A stretch of 63,210 nt of DNA, filler included, from Conidiobolus incongruus B7586 (lineage: Eukaryota): the NCBI GenBank assembly GCA_000697335.1. It is 16 parts of 16 records of this genome, joined end to end, with 100 filler letters (N's around TTAATTAATTAA, not from the genome) between each part and the next. Parts side by side here need not be neighbours in the genome. Positions count along the whole stretch, not along the records: positions 52,959 to 56,305 come from JNEM01006789.1; positions 56,406 to 59,521 come from JNEM01006790.1; positions 59,622 to 61,232 come from JNEM01006791.1; positions 61,333 to 63,210 come from JNEM01006800.1; 12 more parts are not named here. One strand, written 5' to 3'. The notes beneath the pieces are model-generated. The model saw only the letters and a program-made list of their open reading frames with translations, ran no database searches and was not told where the DNA came from. The position numbers were made by a program, and so were the translations under genes. How positions within the stretch are numbered: the stretch's first letter is position 1; each line of letters starts with the position of its first letter. Of the stretch, positions 54,778 to 63,210 are shown in pieces.

Positions 54778-55748
54778 ATGAAACTAAAAAATTTAATATT
54801 ATTAAGTACTCAAATAATTTCTACTTTTTGTCAAATCCAATTCGATAATTTTAAATTTTCAGTAACCGACTCTACTGGTGAATCTAAAATTTCTGAAAAG
54901 TAAATATAATATGAAATAAAGGATTCATATTAATTTATTCTAGGTTAAAATATCCTAAAGCTTTGGATCGTGTGTTGGATTTGAAGAGTCAGGAAGTGAT
55001 TAGAATCAGTTATAATTTGAAGAGGGGTGAAGACCAATTACCAGCCGATGTACCTTACTCTACCTTAGTATTGGAGAGTCCCGACTTCAAATTCTATTCC
55101 TATCACAGCGTTCAAAGTGGCAAAACTGGACAATATAAATTAAATTTGGTAATATTTCAAAATTTATTGGTACTGGAAAAGTTAATTCTTATTGGTATTT
55201 AGGCTGTTAAAAGTATTTCCAAATCTGTTAGAAATAGTGGCGAACTAGCGAATATTTATTTACTTATCGGTGCTTCTTCGGATTCTCAACCTATTAAGTA
55301 TAAATTGGGTGCTTTGAACCTTCCCAAATCTAAGAAGGCTGAGGATTTTGAGCACAATACTTTTGGTCCCCAGCCCTTGATCCATCATACTTTTAGACCC
55401 GATGAAAAGGTGCCTTCAGTTGCTCTCTCCTACATATTTTCCGGACTCGTACTCGCTCCTTGGGCTCTCTTAGTTATTGGCGTAAGTCCAAATCTATTCA
55501 TTTCAATATTCAATAACTAACTCCAATTTTAGTGGAGTCATTTAGGACTCAATTTCAAGCGATTCCCCACCACTGATCCCTTCAAAGCTCTTTTAAACCT
55601 TGGCTTTTTAGGTACTTTAGTCGCTTATGCAGTGCTCAACTACCAATATTGGACAGTACTCAATGTCTTCCAAACCCTTTACTATTTTGCGCTCATTACT
55701 TGTGTTTCTCTACCCCTTGGTTATCTTACTCTAAAAAATCATCATTAA
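54778..55748 (+). CDS. SWP1: Oligosaccharyltransferase subunit Swp1/ribophorin II (273 aa), 4 exons: 54778-54899, 54944-55148, 55203-55481, 55533-55748
   Basis: Three GT-AG introns give a continuous frame; signal peptide, FGPQPLIHHTFRPDEK motif and three C-terminal TM segments with YW..LNVFQTL. Confidence 0.9.
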
Positions 55749-55989
55749 TTTTTTTAGATTATTATTCATTTTATTAACATGATTTATCAAATAATCAATA
55801 ATTATTAAAACCATTTTTAATTTCAATTATTTATTAATTTTTTATAATTTATTTATATATATTTAAAATTATTAAACATAACCTTAAAAGAAAAAATAAG
55901 TATTACTCTATATTCAAAATAATAAGAATTTTTCATAATTTAAAAAATAAACCTTTATATAATATATAGAAATAAATATATAATAAAAA

Positions 55990-56305
55990 ATATAAATTTT
56001 ATATTATTATTAATAACTTTTTACCATATGTCTAGTAAACTTTTAACTTTTAAAAATCAGTTCTTTTTATTAAAGATTGAAATTTAATGTTTTATAAACT
56101 AATTAAATTTTCCTACAAAAATTTTCTTTCTTATAAGCTAGTTTTTTAATTGCTTAAAATAATTATAATGATATAAGTTATAATTTAAGGAATATACTAA
56201 ATATAGTAGTTTTTTCCAGTTATTTTTAATTAGATAATTTTTTATAACTTTAGATTTATATATTTTATAATTATTATGCAAAATAATAAGGTTTTTTAAT
56301 TATAT
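55990..56305 (-). mobile_element. Mariner 3' fragment running into a gap; left end approximate
   Basis: Collinear with 40160-40478. Confidence 0.82.
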
Positions 56306-56405
56306 NNNNNNNNNNNNNNNNNNNNNNNNNNNNNNNNNNNNNNNNNNNNTTAATTAATTAANNNNNNNNNNNNNNNNNNNNNNNNNNNNNNNNNNNNNNN
56401 NNNNN

Positions 56406-56905
56406 TAAGTAATATTTAATGGATATTATTACTTATTTGCTAGAAAACATTAAAACTAGTTAAAATTTACTAAAAGAAAAAAATAAAATATTATTAGCTT
56501 TTTTTAATTAAATTAGTACAGAGATACATTAATATACTAATACTTATAATATATATTAAAAAATTAAATATAATAGCTAATTAAAATATAGTAAACTTAT
56601 TATCTTATATGTCTTTAATAGAATTTTATAATAAATCTAACTTAATTTTATAAAAACTTTTAAATCAATAAATAATTATAATAAATTTTTAATTTTAATT
56701 AATTTATTATCAAAATATACTTATTTTATTCCTTATTTCAAAGCTTTTAAAGTTAAAGATATTTTATAAATATTAAATTCTAATATCTTCACTTATTATA
56801 GAATTTCATAAACTATTATATTTACCAAAAATATATAATTTAACATTTAATTCAAAATGTTATAATTTTTTTCCTTTACAATTAACATAGTTATATTTTT
56901 AATTA
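56406..56905 (+). mobile_element. Ty3 family-1 integrase fragment, decayed
   Basis: Collinear with 45345-45502 joined to 47063-47400, i.e. the empty-site version. Confidence 0.78.
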
Positions 56906-57029
56906 ATTAACACTAAATTTATAATTTAGTTAAAAGAATTATTACTTTGTAATTGAAATAATATGAATTTTTTATAATTGAAAAAAACATATATTTTAAT
57001 AAATGATATTAAAAAATAAATATATATTA

Positions 57030-59480
57030 TAAAATTAGTAATTTCTTTTATTTCTAATAACTTTTTGATATTTTTGTAATAAAGATCTAATATCTAAAAA
57101 ACATTTATTTTTATTAAAGACTGAAATTTGATATTTTACAAACTAATTAAATTTTTTTATAGAAATTTTCTTTCTTGTAAGCTAGTTTTTTAATTACTTA
57201 AAACAATTATAATCACATAGGTTATAATCTAAAAAATATACCAGGTATAGTAATTCTTTCTAGTTATTTTTAACTAGAAAGTTTTTTATAACTTTAAATT
57301 TATATATTTTGCAATTATTATTCAAAATAATAGATTTTGTTGAATTATATTTATAATACCAATTTGAAATAGAGTTATTTAAAAAAATACAAAGTTTATT
57401 TTTAATTAATCTTTTTAAAAATTAAATAAAAATAATATATATATTATATTTACTATAATAATTAATATTTATTTATCAATAAAGTGTTTATTTAAAGGAA
57501 TTTATAAAAGGGGTTAATTTAGTTTAATTTAATATCTTGATTTATCTTTTAGTAAAAGATTATATAAAAGAACCTAGAATTTATCAATTATAATAATCTG
57601 TTACTAAAGCCTTAGTTTCTAGTTATATGTTAGTAAGTTTTACTTAATAATATTTAGTTTAACTTTTTTTTGAGCTTTAGTTAAATGATAAGGTACCTAT
57701 TTTATATATTTATTAATTCATTTCAATTACAATTTTATTATATATAAAATAATTATAAACTAACCTGTAACAATAAGTCATAAAATCAAAAATATATATA
57801 TTTTAATTAATAACTAAAACAATTGTATATATTAGATTACTTGAAACTATAATATATAATTAAGGTATATTATTTAATAATAAATAAATATATTTAGATA
57901 TATTTAATAAATTATTAGCAAAAATATTAACCTTTAATATTTAACCAAAATAAGTTATAAATTTGCAAATTTTTGAGATAAAAGGATATATTTAATTATA
58001 TATAACTCTATCTTTTATTTTTTTTACTATTATTTTATATAATATTTTACAAATATACTAAATTTTTTATTAGTTTTATTATACCTAAATCCCTTTTTAA
58101 AAAAATCTTTTTATATATCAATTAACTTTATAAAAAAAATAAATCAACTTATCATATAGCTACAATTACTAATGTTAGTTAGTTTACTATAATTAAAGCT
58201 ATTAAAAATAAAAATAAAGAAATATTTAAACTTAAACTTATGTGTATTAAAATTATAAATGAATATAATAAGAAGTATATCTATAGGTTAGTTAATATAG
58301 ATAAGTATGGTATTATTATAGAAATACAAAAGGAATTATAAAACTATATAAGAATATTAGTTAACAATAATAATATTATATACATTTTATATTAACATAG
58401 ATACTACTTATATCTAAAAAAATCCCATTATAAAATTAAGTAGGAGTTTAAATATCACTATTAATATTAAACTAAAATTAATTAGAATAAGGTTATTTAG
58501 GCTAATAAAACAATAATATATTTTAATAGATTTAATAAAAAAGCTAGATATTTTAAAAAACATGCAAAACTACTTTATATCAATTATATTAATTCTACCT
58601 AAAAGTATAATAGTAGGTTAATTATTATTTAAGGATATATATTATCTTTAGATATAATGTATCTTTATAAAATTAATGGGGGAATTAATACTAAAAAATA
58701 TTAAAGTATTTTAAACAATATATTGAAAAAAACCATTGAACAATATAGGTTAAACAAATCTAATATTATTTTCTAATAAGATAATTTTTTTTACTATAAT
58801 ATAGCTTTAATTATTAAATAACTTAAAAATAACAAGATAATAGTTATAAAGTAGCTTTTTCAATCTTTTAACTTTAATTTAATTAAATATCTTTAGAATT
58901 AGTTAAAAAAAGCTATTAAAGTTTTCCCCCTAATAAAAAATTTAAATCAACTTTAAAAATATATTCAAGAAATATAATACAAGATTAACCTTTTTTAATA
59001 GAAAAAGTTAGTTGATTCTATACCCTACAAACTTAAAAAAATTAGAACAGCTAAAGGTAGATACAATAGGTTTTAATTTTTTTTATTACCAAAAACCTAC
59101 AAATTTATAACTTACCCTAGGTAAAATTTAAAGATTTATATTTTAGCCATTTAATAACTAAATATCATCATTTAATAATATATATAATTAATAAATATAA
59201 TAAATTTTAATTATTTAATTTTAGTTTATTTTATTAAATATTAATTAAGTTATTAATAAAAATATAAGTATTTTTGATTTTATAACTTACTTTTGCAAGT
59301 TAATATATAACTAATATTTAAATGTTTTGATAATTCTTTAACTAAAATAAAAAGATGCTTTTTAATATAATTTTTCATTTTTTTAATAATTAAAAGAGTA
59401 ATAATTGAAATTAATCTTTTAGATTTTAATAAGTTTTGGGTAGTTTTTTTAGCCTTAAAGTAATTTAACTAATAATAAAT
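57030..59480 (-). mobile_element. Mariner copy split by the Tc1 at 57758-59305; ends approximate
   Basis: 57030-57757 is collinear with 40160-40892; after the Tc1 the sequence resumes matching 40893-40938. Keeps DYNLCD. Confidence 0.85.
57758..59305 (+). mobile_element. Full-length Tc1 A1 with TA duplication and a ~20-bp internal deletion near 58415
   Basis: TA|AACTAACCTGTAA...TTTTGCAAGTTAATA|TA. Confidence 0.92.
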
Positions 59481-59621
59481 TATTGATTTAAATAATATTA
59501 TATTATTAAATGTTACTTATANNNNNNNNNNNNNNNNNNNNNNNNNNNNNNNNNNNNNNNNNNNNTTAATTAATTAANNNNNNNNNNNNNNNNNNNNNNN
59601 NNNNNNNNNNNNNNNNNNNNN

Positions 59622-61192
59622 ACTAACCCACAAAAGTGAGTCATAAAATCAAAAATATATATATATTAATTAATAACTAAAACAATTGTATATATTAGAT
59701 TACTTGAAATTATAATATATAATTAAGGTATATTATTTAATAATAAATAAATATATTTAGATATATATAGTAAACTATTAGCAAAAATATTAACCTTTAA
59801 TATTTAACTAAAGTAAGTTATAAATTTGAGGGTTTTTGAGATAAGGGGATATATTTAACAATATATAACCATATTCTTTTTCTCTCTTTGTTATTATTTT
59901 ATATTATATTTTATAGATATACTAAATATTTTTTATTAGTATTATTATATTTAAATCCCTCTCTAAAAAAATCTACTTATCTATTAATCAACTTTATAAA
60001 AAAGGTAAATTAACTTATGATATTACTAGAATTACTAGTGTTAGCTAGTTTAATAAAGCTAGAGTTGTTAAGAATAACAATAAAGAAACATTTAAACTTA
60101 AACTTAAGTGTGTTAAAATTATAAATAAACATGATAAGAAGTATATCTGTAGGTTAGTTAATACAGGTAAATATAATATTATTGTAGAAATACAGCAAGA
60201 ACTATAAGATTATACAAGAATATTAGTTAGTATTGATACTATTATATATACTTTACATTAGCATAGATACTACTTACATTTTAAGAAAAAACACCCCCAA
60301 CTAAAGAAATCCCATTATAAAATTAGGCAGGAGTTTAAATGTTGCTACTAATATTAAATTGAAACTAATTAGAGTAAGGTTATTTAGTCTAATAAAACAA
60401 AAATATACCTTAGTAGATTTAATAAAAAAGCTAGATACTTCAAAAAAGATGTGGAATTACTTTATAACTATTATGTTAATTTTACCCAAAAGTATAATAG
60501 TAGGTTAATTATTATTTAGGGATGTATATTGTTTTTAGGTGTAAGGTATCTTTATAAAGTTAATAGGGGAATTAATACTAAGATGTATTAAAGTATTTTA
60601 AACAATGAATTGAAAAAAACCATTGAATAATATAGGTTAAATAAATCTAATATTATTTTCTAATAAGATAATGCCTTTTGCTATACTATAGCTTCTATTA
60701 CTAAATAGCTTAAAAATAACAAGATAATAGTTATAAAGTAGCTTCTTTAATCTTTTAACTTTAATCTAATTAAACACCTTTGGGATTAATTAAAAAAAGC
60801 TATTAAAGCTTTCCCCCTAGTTAAAGATTTAAATCAACTTTAGGAATATATTCAAGAAGTATAGAACAAGATTAACCCTTCTTAATGTAAGAAGTTAGTT
60901 GATTCTATACCCCACAAACTTAAAGAAATTAGAAAAGTTAAAGGTAAATACATTAGATTTTAATTTTTTTTATTACCAAAAACCCACAAATTTATAACTT
61001 ACCTTAGGTAAAATTTAAAGGTTTATATTTTAGTCAATTAATAACTAAATATCATCATTTAATGATATATTTAATTAATAAATATAATAAATTTTAATTA
61101 TTTAATTTAGATTAATTTCATTAAATATTAATCAAGTTATTAGTAAAAATATAAGTGTTTTTGATTTTATAACTCACTTTTATAGGTTAGTG
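59622..61192 (+). mobile_element. Full-length Tc1 A1 copy
   Basis: ACTAACCCACAAAAGTGAGTCATAAAATC...CTCACTTTTATAGGTTAGTG|TA. Confidence 0.93.
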
Positions 61193-61332
61193 TATTATTA
61201 TAATTATGATTATTATTATTTTAACTATTATTNNNNNNNNNNNNNNNNNNNNNNNNNNNNNNNNNNNNNNNNNNNNTTAATTAATTAANNNNNNNNNNNN
61301 NNNNNNNNNNNNNNNNNNNNNNNNNNNNNNNN

Positions 61333-62397
61333 GTAAAATGTCACCAGCAGATCTGAATTACCCAGTTCATGAACAAGAACTACTTGCTGTAGTAGAATGT
61401 CTTAAACACTTCCGTCATTATGTATCTGGACAACCTGTTTATGCCTTTACAGATCATAAATCTTTAATATGGTTAAATGACCAACCTCATCTCTCCAAAC
61501 GCCAAACTTCATGGGTTTAATTCCTTCAAGAATTCGATTTACGTATCAGTTATATCAAAGGTCAATACAACACTCTGGCTGATCTTTTATCAAGACGTAT
61601 TGATTACACCCCTATCTGTGTCAAATGTCGCAAAAATCATGTAGATTTAAATTCGGTTTCTTTACAAATGTCCACATCCCAGATCAAACAACTAATCAAA
61701 TCCAAATTACCTTCCGATGATTTTGCTCTTCAAGTGCATGAAGACTTGAAAAAACCAGAGAACAAAAAACCCCTGTATGTCAAGAGATTCAACCTGTCAG
61801 ATGACCTCCTGTACCACACTGGCAGAATATACGTCCCTGACATAGAATCCATTAAATTACAACTTCTTAAATTATACCATGATTCAACAGTCTCAGGTCA
61901 CCAAGGATGGCTACATACCTTCCAAAAAATCTCTAGACACTTCTATTGGCCAAAAATGCAAAAAGATATTGAAAAATATGTTATTTCCTGTGAACAATGC
62001 CTACTCTAACTTTAAATCCAAAAGATCCTCTTGAAAAGAGACTTTGCCACGTTATAGCAAAGTCTGAGGGGAGTGTCACATATCTACCCAATTAGTCCAT
62101 ATATATTTACCTTTAATATCAGTTTACCCATAATTTATCTCTTATTCTACTTTCCCTTAAATTGATCCATTCTTATCCCAATATCAAAAGGGGAAATACA
62201 ACAGGGATCTATCTATCTATTCATTTATCCATCTATCCAATTATCTATCTATCTATCTATCTGAAGGAAACTAACTCCAAGTCTTTGTCAAGAACTTCCA
62301 ATAAAACTCCATATAACTACATCCTAATCCTATAACTTATCCACACTCCAACTTAATTCAATACAATTATCCTAGTTTCTAGCACTAGGATAATACA
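61333..62397 (+). mobile_element. Ty3/gypsy family-2 3' portion: RNase H, integrase Zn finger, integrase core deleted, PPT, 3' LTR
   Basis: NYPVHEQELLAVVECLKHFRHY...TDHKSL...WV*FLQEFD...YIKGQYNTLADLLSR, then YHDSTVSGHQG...FYWPKMQKDIEKYVISCEQC; PPT GAGGGGAG at 62066-62073. Confidence 0.92.
62074..62397 (+). repeat. 3' LTR of family-2 Ty3 element (324 bp)
   Basis: TGTCAC...AATACA, bounded by the PPT on the left and Tc1 sequence on the right; unrelated to family-1 LTRs. Confidence 0.82.
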
Positions 62398-63210
62398 TTC
62401 CCCCATTATCTTTACAAAGATACCCTACACTTAAAGACAACATACATCCCCAAACAATAATTGACCCACCACTATACTTTTGGGTAAAATTAACATAATA
62501 GTCACAAAGTAGTTTTGCATCTTTTTTAAAGCATCTAGCTTTTCTATTAGATCCACTAAGGTATATTGTTTCATTAGACTAAATAACCTTACTCTAATTA
62601 GTTTTAATTTAACATCAATAACAACATTTAAACTCCCACCTAACTTTATAGTAGGATTTTTTTAATTGGGGGTGTTTTTTCTTAAAGTGTAAATAGTATC
62701 TATGTTAACATAAAGTATGTATAATAGTATTAGTGCTAACTAATATTCTTGTATAGTTTTACAGTTCTTGTTGTATTTCTATAATAATACCACATTTGCT
62801 TGTATTAACTAACTTACAGATATACTTCTTATTATATTTATCTATAATCTTAACACACTTAAGTTTAAGTTTAAATGTTTTTTTATTGCTATTTTTAACA
62901 ACTTTAACTATAGTAAACTAGCTAACACTAGTAATTCTAACAATATCACAAGTTAATTTACCTTCTTTATAAAGTTAATTAATACACAAATAGATTTTTT
63001 TAGAGAGGGATTTAGGTATAATAATACTAATAAAAAAAATTTAGTATATTTGTAAAATATTATATAAAATAATAACAAAGAGAGAAAAAAGATATAGTTA
63101 TATATTGTTAAATATATCCTTTTATCTTAAAAACCTGCAAATTTATAACTCACCTTAGTTAAATATTAAAGGTTAATATTTTTGCTAATAGTTTACTAAA
63201 TATATTTAAA
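62398..63210 (-). mobile_element. 5' half of a Tc1 A1 copy, interrupted by the family-2 retrotransposon
   Basis: Collinear with 48124-48940; keeps YSGGSIIVWGCM intact. Confidence 0.9.

Overview
AT-rich eukaryotic draft scaffold with 15 artificial 100-bp gap spacers (N44-TTAATTAATTAA-N44). Short GT-AG introns and the protein families indicate a fungus, probably early-diverging; a resemblance to Conidiobolus/Entomophthoromycotina is an unverified inference. There are two gene islands. The 15-34 kb island holds a secreted Cys-rich protein plus a pseudogenised paralog, a J-domain-like membrane protein lacking HPD and carrying a six-fold repeat motif, a SLP1-type mid-SUN protein, PRP4 kinase and a PMT2-type O-mannosyltransferase. 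The 53.7-55.7 kb island holds tRNA-Cys and SWP1. Both sit among mutually nested transposons that the ORF track almost entirely misses: a chromodomain Ty3/gypsy family, a Tc1 DD34E family with IR/DR ends (about 13 copies or fragments), a mariner DD34D family (about 7 pieces) and one younger Ty3 element. The main signal is that repeat copies are destroyed almost only by C>T/G>A transitions on both strands, with reading frames kept and CpG erased, while single-copy genes are untouched. This points to a RIP-like genome-defence process with broad dinucleotide context. All translations, alignments and gene models were done by eye.
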